Assembly: GCA_964622505.1 (NCBI GenBank)
Contig: CAZUQJ010000002.1
Coordinates: 71,905-135,904, forward strand
Direction: 5' to 3'
Source of the DNA: an uncultured Candidatus Saccharibacteria bacterium
Lineage (GTDB): Bacteria; Patescibacteriota; Minisyncoccia; Phycocordibacterales; UBA9973
DNA length: 64,000 nt
Shown here piece after piece: positions 36,080-45,400 of the stretch. A model generated the notes under the pieces. It searched no databases. It saw nothing but the letters and a program-made list of their open reading frames with translations, and was not told the DNA's origin. A program made the translations under genes and the position numbers. Every line of letters starts with the position of its first letter. Position 1 is the first letter of the stretch.

Positions 36080-37588
36080 CTAAACTCCGTGTTTTTTATG
36101 TAATTTAGTAACTTCTTCCTCCTCTAACTCTTCTTTTTTCTCTTTGGCTTTGTCACCCAGAGCTTTCAAGTCAATGTCCGATAATTCTTCCAACTCCCCT
36201 ACTCTTTCTTTTAAGACCTCGATTTCATTTTTCTTTGGATCTTCCAAGACTTCTTCGAGCAAGGCATTTAGTATCCAGCCCATACGGGGGCCGGCTTTTA
36301 CTTTCATTTCATTCATCAAATAATTGCCATCAATTTTTAACTGCCCGACAGAGATCGGGTCACGTAAGCATTCCTCGATCATGGCATGGTACTTGCGCAA
36401 GCGGTATGGCGCTTCCTTTTTATTCATGCCTACCCTATCGCATTCACGAATCTGCATTAGTTCCCAGATATGCTCGGGGCCAACCTTTTGGATTATCCTA
36501 CGTACTGCTGAGAGTGTAATCATTTCTGTGTCGGAAAAGAACATGTGGTTGCGTACCATGGATACTACAAAATCGATTGATTTCTTTGGGAATTTGAGGC
36601 GCTCCATAATAGCTTTTGCCATACGCGCACCTATGACTTCGTGGCCATAGAAGGTGTAGGCTTTCTTTGTCCCTGGTCGGCGACTTCGTGGCTTGCCAAT
36701 GTCGTGGAAGAGTGCGGCCAATCGGATATCTGTCGAGTAGCCTTTGTCGGTGGCATTGCCGAGTGCGCCGAGTAAATGCTCGAACACATCGTAGATATGC
36801 GCCCCACCTTGCTCGCATCCAATTCCCTCTTCGAGCTCAGGAATAATATATTTGAGCAATCCAAGTTTTTGTAGCAATCCAATTCCCTGCGTGCCGTTCG
36901 GACTTTCAATAATTTTTGTAAATTCATCACGAATTCTTTCAGCGGAAATATTTTTTATTAATTCAGAGTTCTTTTCCACAGCTTGCATTGTCTCGTAATT
37001 TATTGCGAAACCAAGTTGTGTGGAAAACCGGATCGCTCGCAACATACGCAAAGCATCTTCTTGGAATCTTTCATTTGCATCCCCCACTGCCCGAACAACT
37101 TTGTCCTTTATGTCTTGTTGTCCTTTATAAAGGTCTAAAAGTTGTCCTTTAGAGCTAAAAGCCATGGCGTTTATAGTGAAATCTCGTCTTTGAAGGTCAT
37201 CTTCTATGTGTTTACTAAATAAAACCTCGTCTGGGTGCCTATTATCGCTATATTGAGCCTCTGTACGGTACGGTGTAACCTCTGTAATCCAATACTCAGT
37301 TTCATGTGTAACGTCTTCGGATGTTTCCCGTGTAACCTTTGGTATGCAAACGCCTACTGTTCCAAAAGTGTTTTCATATATAGTCTTCTCAAACAAAGGA
37401 ATGATCTCTTCTGGAGTGGCATTTGTAGCGATATCCCAATCTTTCGGTCCGCCAGCCGGCGGATTTTCTAATAACATATCGCGAACACAGCCACCTACAA
37501 GAAAAGCCTCAAAACCAGCGTTTTCGAGAGTTGATGTTACATGTGTAACATATGAGGGTATTTTATTTTGATCTATGATTTGTTTCAT
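36080..37588 (-). CDS. cca: CCA-adding tRNA nucleotidyltransferase with HD domain
   Basis: Pol-beta-like NTase head GGCVRD...D.D, HD motif LAALFHDIGKP. ORF opens at 37693 and overlaps tRNA-Arg, so start set at ATG 37588 (MKQIIDQNK). Confidence 0.85.
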   Translation of the reverse strand: MKQIIDQNKIPSYVTHVTSTLENAGFEAFLVGGCVRDMLLENPPAGGPKDWDIATNATPEEIIPLFEKTIYENTFGTVGVCIPKVTRETSEDVTHETEYWITEVTPYRTEAQYSDNRHPDEVLFSKHIEDDLQRRDFTINAMAFSSKGQLLDLYKGQQDIKDKVVRAVGDANERFQEDALRMLRAIRFSTQLGFAINYETMQAVEKNSELIKNISAERIRDEFTKIIESPNGTQGIGLLQKLGLLKYIIPELEEGIGCEQGGAHIYDVFEHLLGALGNATDKGYSTDIRLAALFHDIGKPRSRRPGTKKAYTFYGHEVIGARMAKAIMERLKFPKKSIDFVVSMVRNHMFFSDTEMITLSAVRRIIQKVGPEHIWELMQIRECDRVGMNKKEAPYRLRKYHAMIEECLRDPISVGQLKIDGNYLMNEMKVKAGPRMGWILNALLEEVLEDPKKNEIEVLKERVGELEELSDIDLKALGDKAKEKKEELEEEEVTKLHKKHGV

Positions 37589-37688
37589 CTGAAACGTTTT
37601 GTGGTCAGGAATAGTTTTTTGGTAAAAACTTTCCCGACCCGGGCTCGTGCCGCCGCACTCCGCCTTGCACCAATTACCCCGTAATTTG

Positions 37689-37760
37689 TGCACCCGTCAG
37701 GACTCGAACCTGAAACGACTGTTCCGAAGACAGTAATGATATCCATTTCACCACGGGTGC
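37689..37760 (-). tRNA. tRNA-Arg (anticodon TCG)
   Basis: Cloverleaf checked by hand: 7-bp acceptor gcacccg/cgggtgc, D arm, anticodon stem actgt/acagt with loop cttcgga, T loop ttcgagt, discriminator A. Confidence 0.8.
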
Positions 37761-37897
37761 AAAATAATGGTTATTTGCGACCAATTCATTGTATACTAAA
37801 ACCTTAATTTAGTAAATAACATTATAAAATAAGGTTAATTTATCAAATTGCAATTTTTGTTTAAAATAGTTATAATCTATGAGTTATTTTGGCATTT

Positions 37898-37968
37898 GCG
37901 GGATTGGTTTAGTGGTAGAACACGTCCTTGCCAAGGATGAGACAGGAGTTCGATTCTCCTATCCCGCA
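37898..37968 (+). tRNA. tRNA-Gly (anticodon GCC)
   Basis: gcgggat acceptor, anticodon stem cgtcc/ggatg with loop ttgccaa, T arm ggagttcgattctcc; near-identical to E. coli tRNA-Gly(GCC). Confidence 0.85.
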
Positions 37969-38238
37969 CAAAATAAAAAATCCTCTGTCTTTAATCTGTC
38001 CGTTTATTTAAATAGAAAACTCTTTAAAATCAAGGAATATGTGGATAAGTATGTGTATTTAGGGTATAAGAGACACAACTTTCTTAAAGGCAATATGTCG
38101 GGCACACAAAGAAATTTACGTTTTAGGCTATGTAAAATAAGGTTATTTTATGAAAGACACATTAAAACAGACTTTTTATGTCTAATAAATAGCAAAACGT
38201 TTCACGTGACACATATTTAAGTGTTACACATGTAACAA

Positions 38239-38655
38239 ATGAAGAATTTTACTTCAAAAAGTCAAAAAATAGGGGAATTGGGTGAGGATGTTGCTTGCAA
38301 ATACCTTGAAAAACATGGTTTTGCTGTGTTGGAGCGTAATTATACAAAGAAATGGGGTGAAATAGATATTATTGCCAACAAAGAAGGGAAGTTGTATTTC
38401 ATAGAGGTTAAGTCTGTTTCTCGAGACCTAGATCATTTGAATTCAGCAGTAGAGAATGTTACACGTGGAACATTCCGGCCCGAAGAAAACATGCATCCTT
38501 GGAAAATGAAGCGCTTGGCTCGAACTGTAAGTACTTACTTGATACACAAAAGGATAGGGAACACACCGTGGCAATTCGACTTACTGGTTGTTTGTATCGA
38601 TATGAGTAAGAGGCTTGCCCGAGTAAAGGTTGTAGAGAATGTTATTTTAGGTTAA
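38239..38655 (+). CDS. yraN: YraN/UPF0102 family endonuclease
   Basis: GELGEDVACKYLEKHGFAVLERNYTKKWGEIDIIANKEGKLYFIEVKS matches the YraN core. Confidence 0.8.
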   Translation: MKNFTSKSQKIGELGEDVACKYLEKHGFAVLERNYTKKWGEIDIIANKEGKLYFIEVKSVSRDLDHLNSAVENVTRGTFRPEENMHPWKMKRLARTVSTYLIHKRIGNTPWQFDLLVVCIDMSKRLARVKVVENVILG

Positions 38656-38676
38656 AAAATTTGGTATAATAAAAAT

Positions 38677-39198
38677 ATGAATACTAATAATCAAAAAGGT
38701 ATAATAAAAAGTCTAGTTATTATTTTAGTGTTTGCTGTTGTTGTGTTTGTGTATGTACTCTATTTACAAGGTCAAGTAAAAAATGTGCGAGACGAAAGGA
38801 TTGTATTGGATAAAGATTTCACAAAGCAACTGCTATCTAACTGTGGTTTGACTATACAGCATCCAGTGAAAGATCAAAAAATAAGTACAACTACTGGTAT
38901 TGATATCTGGGCAGTGTTGGACAATACCAAGCGCGAAGCTCTTGGTTGCTCGTGGGTAGCCTTTGAGGCGCAAACTGGGGTAGTGTATGTAAAAGATGCT
39001 GACGGTAAAGATATTGCAACGCCTGCACCACTTACCACTATCGAAGAGTGGATGACAGAAAAAGCAGTAAATTATTCTACTCATGTTTCAATTTTGAACA
39101 ATTATACGGGTCCTGCGACGATAACAATCGAAGAAGAGAATCCGTCAGGGGAGAGACCTTCAAAAGTAATTTCTATCCCTATAATTATTGTTGAATAA
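38677..39198 (+). CDS. Hypothetical secreted/membrane-anchored protein
   Basis: N-terminal TM/signal (VIILVFAVVVFVYVLYL), no motifs. Confidence 0.45.
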   Translation: MNTNNQKGIIKSLVIILVFAVVVFVYVLYLQGQVKNVRDERIVLDKDFTKQLLSNCGLTIQHPVKDQKISTTTGIDIWAVLDNTKREALGCSWVAFEAQTGVVYVKDADGKDIATPAPLTTIEEWMTEKAVNYSTHVSILNNYTGPATITIEEENPSGERPSKVISIPIIIVE

Positions 39199-39290
39199 AA
39201 TAAAAACCCTTTTTTTATCTCCTAGCTCGAGAGTTGGGTGGCGATTGTTTTTTGCGTAAAATATGCTAATATAAAAGGATTGTTACGTTT

Positions 39291-39361
39291 CGGGGTGTAG
39301 TACACCGGTAGTATACGCGGTTTGGGACCGTGAGAACAGGGTTCAATTCCCTGCACCCCGA
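39291..39361 (+). tRNA. tRNA-Pro (anticodon TGG)
   Basis: All four stems pair (acceptor cggggtg/caccccg, anticodon stem cgcgg/ccgtg, loop tttggga, T loop ttcaatt). The overlapping 75-aa ORF 39222..39449 is spurious. Confidence 0.85.
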
Positions 39362-39520
39362 CAAGAAAATCCACGCAGTGGATTTTCGTTGGGGTGAGGA
39401 CATGAACTGCTTCATGTCCTTCAGGGAATTGAAAGATTTTTCCATACAAGCACAGCTTGGCGGAAAAATACCTGGCTATGTAGTAGCCAATTCCTTACCT
39501 TAAGAAAAATTTAATAATTT

Positions 39521-39591
39521 GCGGGATTAGTTTAGTGGTAGAACTACAGTTTTCCAAACTGTTGGCAAGAGTTCGATTCTCTTATCCCGCA
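39521..39591 (+). tRNA. tRNA-Gly (anticodon TCC)
   Basis: gcgggat acceptor, anticodon stem acagt/actgt with loop tttccaa, T arm agagttcgattctct. Confidence 0.85.
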
Positions 39592-39600
39592 CAATAAAAT

Positions 39601-41379
39601 ATGAAATTTCATTCAAGAGAAGATTTAAAGAAAGTAAAGTATTCTTTGTTTGAATTATTGAAAGACACTTTTAAACTGATCAAACCCTATAAAATGAGGT
39701 TTTTCTTTGCGACTTTTATTAGAATTATAGGCGATCTGGCATATCTATATCCTGTTTATGCATTTGCTTCTATTATTACTTTCTTAAGTCATTATCAAAA
39801 AGGTGAATCTCTGCATTCTATTTGGATAATGGTAATTCTATATTTTGTTTCAATAGTTGTCAGAAACCTATGCCAATACTTTTGCAAGTATATGGGATTT
39901 ACAATTGCGGCTCAAGTTGCAGTCGATTCGAATTTAAAAGCAATTAAACATATGTTTGCTCTAGATATAGCCTGGCACGAAAAGGAAAATTCTGGGAATA
40001 AAATTAAAAGAATTCAGAACGCGGGTGACGGCTTTACTAAAATTATCCGAATTTATTTTGACGACATCGTCCAAATAGTTGTAAATTTTATTGCGATAGG
40101 CTTCATTATGTACAACTTTGACCACAAAGTACTTTTTGCACTAGTTATATTTTTATTTACTTATTTTACAATTTCTTTTTTTCTTACACGCCGAGCGGGG
40201 CAAGCTTATTATGAGGTAAACAAACAAGAAGAAAAAGTAGCGGGGTTACTATTCGAAGCCACTGGTAATATTCGGACGGTCAAGATTATGTCCATGGCTG
40301 ACAATATTTATAAAATTACGAGTGATTCAATGCGTACGCTAATGTGTAAAATTAAAAGTCGCATCAGATGGTTTCAGTTTAAAGGCACACTTCTTTCTTT
40401 TTATGCTGGTAGTTTCAAGATAATAATTATTTTAATCATTATTTATGGAATTATTAATGGTCAGTACGAGATTGGTTTTTTAATTCTATTTAATGGATAT
40501 TTTACTGATTTGCGTTCTTCGATCGAGGAATTATCCAATGCCACACAAGAATTCGTAAATTCTAAATTTAGTATTGCTCGGATGAAGGAAATTTTAGATG
40601 AACCGATTAAAATCGATGATGACAATGGCAAGGGGGCATTGCCACCAGACTGGCAGAAAATTAATTTCAACAAAGTATCGTTTTCTTATGAAAACAATGA
40701 GGTTCTAAACAATGTTTCCTTTGAGGTGAACCGTGGCGAGAAAATCGGTATAATTGGTCTGTCTGGCGCTGGTAAATCTACATTGTTTAAATTATTGCTC
40801 AAGGAGCGCGAAGAATTTACCGGAGATATTTTATTCGACAATATTTCTATAAAGAAAATTCGCAAGAATGATTATTTCGAGCAAGTTTCTGTTGTGCTAC
40901 AGGATACTGAAGTTTTCAATTTCTCTCTTCGTGAAAATATTGTTATAACAAATTCTAAGCAAGAGAAAAATAAAGAATTATTAAACAAAGCCTTGAGTGT
41001 TTCTCATATTTCAGAATTTGTAGACAAACTTCCCCAAGGATTAGATACCCTCATTGGTGAAAAGGGTATTAAATTGTCCGGTGGCGAGAGACAGAGGCTG
41101 GGCATTGCCCGCGCAATATTCAAAGAGCCTCAAATTTTATTGCTCGATGAAGCCACTTCTCATCTAGATGTAGAATCTGAAGAGACAATCAGGGACTCGC
41201 TCCATAAATTTTTTGAGAATGTTACTGCGATTGTTATCGCCCACAGGTTAACCACGATAAAAGAAATGGACAAAATATTGGTAATCGAAGATGGTAAAAT
41301 TATTGAATCAGGTAATTTCGACGAACTATATAAATCCCAAGGTAGATTTTTTGAACTTTGGAACAAGCAAAAGCTGTAA
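39601..41379 (+). CDS. ABC transporter, fused permease/ATP-binding exporter
   Basis: Six TM helices then NBD with Walker A GLSGAGKST, signature LSGGERQRLGIARA, Walker B LLLDEATS. Confidence 0.9.
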   Translation: MKFHSREDLKKVKYSLFELLKDTFKLIKPYKMRFFFATFIRIIGDLAYLYPVYAFASIITFLSHYQKGESLHSIWIMVILYFVSIVVRNLCQYFCKYMGFTIAAQVAVDSNLKAIKHMFALDIAWHEKENSGNKIKRIQNAGDGFTKIIRIYFDDIVQIVVNFIAIGFIMYNFDHKVLFALVIFLFTYFTISFFLTRRAGQAYYEVNKQEEKVAGLLFEATGNIRTVKIMSMADNIYKITSDSMRTLMCKIKSRIRWFQFKGTLLSFYAGSFKIIIILIIIYGIINGQYEIGFLILFNGYFTDLRSSIEELSNATQEFVNSKFSIARMKEILDEPIKIDDDNGKGALPPDWQKINFNKVSFSYENNEVLNNVSFEVNRGEKIGIIGLSGAGKSTLFKLLLKEREEFTGDILFDNISIKKIRKNDYFEQVSVVLQDTEVFNFSLRENIVITNSKQEKNKELLNKALSVSHISEFVDKLPQGLDTLIGEKGIKLSGGERQRLGIARAIFKEPQILLLDEATSHLDVESEETIRDSLHKFFENVTAIVIAHRLTTIKEMDKILVIEDGKIIESGNFDELYKSQGRFFELWNKQKL

Positions 41380-41428
41380 TTAAAAGTAAAAAAGGTCCCG
41401 GAGGACCTTTGATAGCTGTTTAATATTT

Positions 41429-42553
41429 TTATGAATTCAGAACCGTTTGCTTTGGTTTAAAACTCATCTCAATAACATGGATGGAATGATCTACGAAGCC
41501 TTCAGCGATAGTGTCGTATCTATTGTAAGGAAGTTTAAATTCTTTGCAGAAATTAATCATGATTTCACTGACAATAGGGTAGTGCTCTGGATTGATATCC
41601 GGGAAAGCATGATGTTCGATCTGGTTAGAAAGACCACCCGTAAGTAATCTTACCCAGTAACTATCTTGCCCAAAATTGGCAGTAGATAGTATTTGAACAA
41701 TAATCCAATCATTTTTTATATTGCCTGTAGCCTGATCTGGCTTCAAGAAGATAGATTTGCGCTGTACATGAGCAAGTTGGAAAATGATAGTGATGATCAA
41801 ACCTGTAGTACAAATCATACAAACGTATGCTCTGAGCATCTCTTCAAACCCAAAAACTACATAAGGGAGAACCATAAAAAGCAAAACGTGGATAATTTTA
41901 CCACCTAAAATTATAAAAATGTCGGCGAATCCTATCTTTTTAATTTCTGTCTGTCCAACTTTCATCTGGTATAACTTCTGGAAGTCTTTTATGAAAATCC
42001 ATTGAAAATGCAGAAAAGCATAAAATGGCAACATGTATACGATTTGAACCAAGTGCCAAGGATACCATTTTTGCAAGGGGCTGAAGCGAAATACTCCTCC
42101 TGTTTCGATGTCATCATCGAATTCATATATGTTGGTATATGTGTGGTGTACAACCTCGTGTTTGATTTTCCAAAAAAAGGAGCTTACACCTGAAAATAAA
42201 TCAAAGCTATATGATAAGAGCTCATTGACTTCCTTGTTTTTAGAAAAGCTTCCATGGCTGGCTGTGTGACCTACCATAAAACCAATAAATCCTATGATTG
42301 CTCCTAAGATTCCTGCATAGACATAGTGACTTCTTGGAGAGGCGTCTCTGATGTATGGTAGCAACAGTAGTACAAAGAATAAAAATATCATTAGTCCCGC
42401 TGGTAGATATGATCTCCATGTGCCAGTGAGGGGTATATTTTTTTCTTTGAAGTGGTCGTATACTCTAGATTTTAGAATACGCAATAAATTAACATCGGGG
42501 TTCCTTTTTACAAACTTTATAATTTTCATATGTACAAATTTTCTTTTAATCAT
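41429..42553 (-). CDS. Membrane fatty acid (acyl-lipid/sphingolipid-type) desaturase family protein
   Basis: Three His boxes (HTASH, HEVVHHTYTN, NQIEHHAFP) with 4+ TM helices; start may be the internal MKIIKF. Confidence 0.65.
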   Translation of the reverse strand: MIKRKFVHMKIIKFVKRNPDVNLLRILKSRVYDHFKEKNIPLTGTWRSYLPAGLMIFLFFVLLLLPYIRDASPRSHYVYAGILGAIIGFIGFMVGHTASHGSFSKNKEVNELLSYSFDLFSGVSSFFWKIKHEVVHHTYTNIYEFDDDIETGGVFRFSPLQKWYPWHLVQIVYMLPFYAFLHFQWIFIKDFQKLYQMKVGQTEIKKIGFADIFIILGGKIIHVLLFMVLPYVVFGFEEMLRAYVCMICTTGLIITIIFQLAHVQRKSIFLKPDQATGNIKNDWIIVQILSTANFGQDSYWVRLLTGGLSNQIEHHAFPDINPEHYPIVSEIMINFCKEFKLPYNRYDTIAEGFVDHSIHVIEMSFKPKQTVLNS

Positions 42554-42656
42554 ACCATGAGAGGGGATTATTAGGCATTAAAAAATCACCCAAGATAGAG
42601 ATAGGTGATTTTTTAATCTGTATTAGTGTTTCTCGAATTCCCGAGACAACAAATAA

Positions 42657-42929
42657 TTATTTAACAGCGTCTTTTAGTGCTTTTGCTGCGCGGAATTTTG
42701 GAACTTTTGTAGCTGCAACTTTTACAGCTTCACCAGTTTTAGGATTGCGAGCCATACGAGCTGCGCGTGCCTTTACTGAAAAGATTCCAAGACCTGCGAT
42801 TGATACATCTTCGCCTTTACTCAACGTAGAAACGATAGCATCAAACATTCCGTTCACGATTTCTTCAGCTTGTACTTTTGTACCGCCTAGCTTGCCATGA
42901 ACCCACTCTACTAATGCTTGTTTATTCAT
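42657..42929 (-). CDS. hup: HU family DNA-binding protein
   Basis: MNKQALVEWVHGKLGGTKVQAEEIVNGMFDAIVSTLSKGEDVSIAGLGIFSVKARAAR.ARNPKTGEAVKV is a canonical HU. Confidence 0.9.
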   Translation of the reverse strand: MNKQALVEWVHGKLGGTKVQAEEIVNGMFDAIVSTLSKGEDVSIAGLGIFSVKARAARMARNPKTGEAVKVAATKVPKFRAAKALKDAVK

Positions 42930-43156
42930 ATTTTACTTTCTGATAATTTTTTACATTACCAACTTAGCTAAATAATTTCGACCGTTTGCAAACGATCCCT
43001 GATAAACAGGAGTAATACCATTATATACCAATGGTATTTTTATGAATATATTGACAAAAAAGTTTTCTACTTTCTAATTTTTTCTAAATTTTTACCCTAA
43101 TTTCGTAAAAAAGCCATAAAATTTGCTAAAAATACCGATATATTGTATAGTTTGTG

Positions 43157-43490
43157 GGTTCCGCGTCGAATGATCGCTATCTATATTATTTATAATAATG
43201 GGTAGAGGAAAGTCCGAACATTTATTTCTAGAGTAATCTAGAGGAAGAGTAGCAGGTAATGCCTGTCTGGGGTAACCCAAGAGGTGCGAGCAGTGACGCC
43301 GATGCCGAAAGGCTAGGGCTCCTTCAGGAGTAATCGTATGGAAACATGCGGGTGAAACGGCTAAATCCTTACTTGAATGCAAGATCGTGCCTTTGCGTAA
43401 GCAGGGGAGAATCGCTTGAGCTATGTGGCGACACATGGCCCAGATAAATGATCATTTCAAACAGAATTCGGCTTATGAACGCGAAACACA
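43157..43490 (+). ncRNA. rnpB: RNase P RNA (reduced bacterial type)
   Basis: CR-I gaggaaagtccgaac, gggtgaaacggc block, CR-V acagaattcggcttat; P1 candidate guuccgcgu/acgcgaaac; ends are approximate. Confidence 0.7.
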
Positions 43491-43546
43491 TACGAAGACA
43501 CACGGCACCAAAGGCTGTGTGTTTTCATTTCTACTTATTAAGAAAA

Positions 43547-43577
43547 ACAAAAAAATCCCCGAGAGGGGATTTTTTTG
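43547..43577. terminator. Bidirectional hairpin aaaaaatcccc-gaga-ggggatttttttg
   Basis: Perfect stem with A run and T run, between the rnpB 3' end and the rny stop. Confidence 0.65.
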
Positions 43578-43583
43578 TTGTAA

Positions 43584-45110
43584 CTATCTCGCGTACTCTA
43601 TTATTCGGTTCTCTCTTATCATCGTTACTTTTATTTCGCCTGGGTAGGTGAGTTCTTCTTCTATTTTCTTTGCTATATCGCGTGCCATTTCTTTTGCCCC
43701 GAGGTCACTGACTTTTTCTGGAGTGACAAAGATTCGGATTTCACGGCCGGCTGCGAGTGCGTACGACTTCTCTACGCCATCAAAAGTTTTGGTCAGAGCT
43801 TCGAGGTCTTGCAATCGTTTAATATAATTCTCGACAGAGTCACGACGTGCGCCAGGGCGGCCTCCGGAAATGTGGTCGGCAGTTTGCACGATCACAGCTT
43901 CGATACTTTCGTGAGGGCAGTCGTCGTGGTGAGACTTCATCGATGTAATGATGCGCGGATCCGCACCAAACTTTTGCAATATTCGGATACCAATATCGAT
44001 GTGTGTACCTTGGACTTCGTGGTCGAGCGCTTTTCCGATATCGTGTACCAATGCTCCAGCTTTGGAAACTGCTACGTCTGCGCCGAGCTCTTGTGCGAGC
44101 ATGCCTGCGATGTGTGCCATTTCTATGGAGTGTTGAAGAACATTTTGGCCATAACTAGTACGGAAGTATAGTCGGCCGACAATAGCTACGATACGTGGGT
44201 CGAGGTTGAATATTCCACATTCATAGACTGCTTGCTCACCTTTCTCCTTTATAATCTTGTTGATATCAGCTTGAGCTTTGTTTATCATTTCTTCGATTTT
44301 TGCTGGTTGGATACGGCCATCGAGGATCAGATTTTCTAAAGCCAATCGGGCAACTTGTCGTCGTACTGGATCAAATGAAGATATCACTATCGCACCTGGA
44401 GTCTCGTCGACAATCAATTCTACTCCACTTGCACGCTCAAAAGCACGAATGTTTCGGCCTTCTTTCCCGATAATTTTACCTTTGACATCGTCGGATGGGA
44501 TATTGACCGATGAAGTCATCATCTCGCTTGCAGTAGAGGCAGCGAGGCGGTTGATAGAAGTCGAAAGGATGTCTTTTGCACGACGGTCCAACTTTTCTGC
44601 ATTAGTAGTCTCCATCTTTTGCATACGTACTAGCAAGTCTTCTTCGTATCGAGATTCGATATTCTTGAAAAGGATTTCTTTGGCATCATCGACGGACAGG
44701 TGCGCAACCTTCTCTAGCTCCTTTTCTTTTTCAGCTTGCATACCATCGACGCGCTCTTTGATCCGGCGGATTTCGTCGGCCTTGCCTTTCAGGCTCTCTA
44801 CTTCGCGGTCGATATCTCCTTGTCGAGCATCGAGAGTTTCCTCCTTTTTTATCAAACGATGCTCGGTACGCTTCCATTCGTGCTCTTTTTCTTTTTCTTC
44901 TCCATGGAGCTCTTTGAGTCGATCCTCAGCCTTGGCTTTTGCTCCGTCTAATATCTTTTGAGCTTCCTCTTTTGCGCCGATCGTCATCTGCTTGATCTCG
45001 AGCTCCATTGAGCCCTTCTTACCAAGCGAAATAACAAGGCGCAAATAATATCCAACACCGACACCAATAGCGAGTGCCAATCCGGATATGATTATTGTTG
45101 TTAAATTCAT
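43584..45110 (-). CDS. rny: Ribonuclease Y
   Basis: N-terminal TM helix, long coiled coil, KH domain, HD domain (ALVHDIGKA...HH); 508 aa. Confidence 0.9.
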   Translation of the reverse strand: MNLTTIIISGLALAIGVGVGYYLRLVISLGKKGSMELEIKQMTIGAKEEAQKILDGAKAKAEDRLKELHGEEKEKEHEWKRTEHRLIKKEETLDARQGDIDREVESLKGKADEIRRIKERVDGMQAEKEKELEKVAHLSVDDAKEILFKNIESRYEEDLLVRMQKMETTNAEKLDRRAKDILSTSINRLAASTASEMMTSSVNIPSDDVKGKIIGKEGRNIRAFERASGVELIVDETPGAIVISSFDPVRRQVARLALENLILDGRIQPAKIEEMINKAQADINKIIKEKGEQAVYECGIFNLDPRIVAIVGRLYFRTSYGQNVLQHSIEMAHIAGMLAQELGADVAVSKAGALVHDIGKALDHEVQGTHIDIGIRILQKFGADPRIITSMKSHHDDCPHESIEAVIVQTADHISGGRPGARRDSVENYIKRLQDLEALTKTFDGVEKSYALAAGREIRIFVTPEKVSDLGAKEMARDIAKKIEEELTYPGEIKVTMIRENRIIEYAR

Positions 45111-45400
45111 ATAATGGGTTGCCCCATCTCAAAATACCAATCTATTATGATTGTTTTGTCTGTCGAAACTTTAGAATATCTTTCAGAATATAGGTTTGTA
45201 AGGCAATTTTTATCATTGTTTAAAGTGTTATTGTAAGACGGAACTTTCTAAACTTTTAAAATTCGATATTCTCATCATACCCGATATATCCAATTTTGTC
45301 TAGATATAGTACAAGTTATCCCCATATTCTATATTCAGAGCTCGGAAAGACGTTTTTAAGTGTTATAATGAATCTATATTATTAAGTCAATTTTTATTCT

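Noticed and set aside
39222-39449. 75-aa minus-strand ORF
   Set aside because: Entirely overlaps tRNA-Pro(TGG) and its downstream hairpins; no start context; spurious.
39362-39520. Possible extra small RNA or degenerate tRNA between tRNA-Pro and tRNA-Gly(TCC)
   Set aside because: Contains two simple hairpins (aaatccacgcagtggattt; ggacatgaa-ctg-cttcatgtcc) but no cloverleaf could be built; most likely terminator/processing hairpins.
43092-43436. 114-aa minus-strand ORF and 43423..43651 + ORFs
   Set aside because: Overlap the RNase P RNA gene, which carries conserved CR-I/CR-V blocks; these are frame artefacts.
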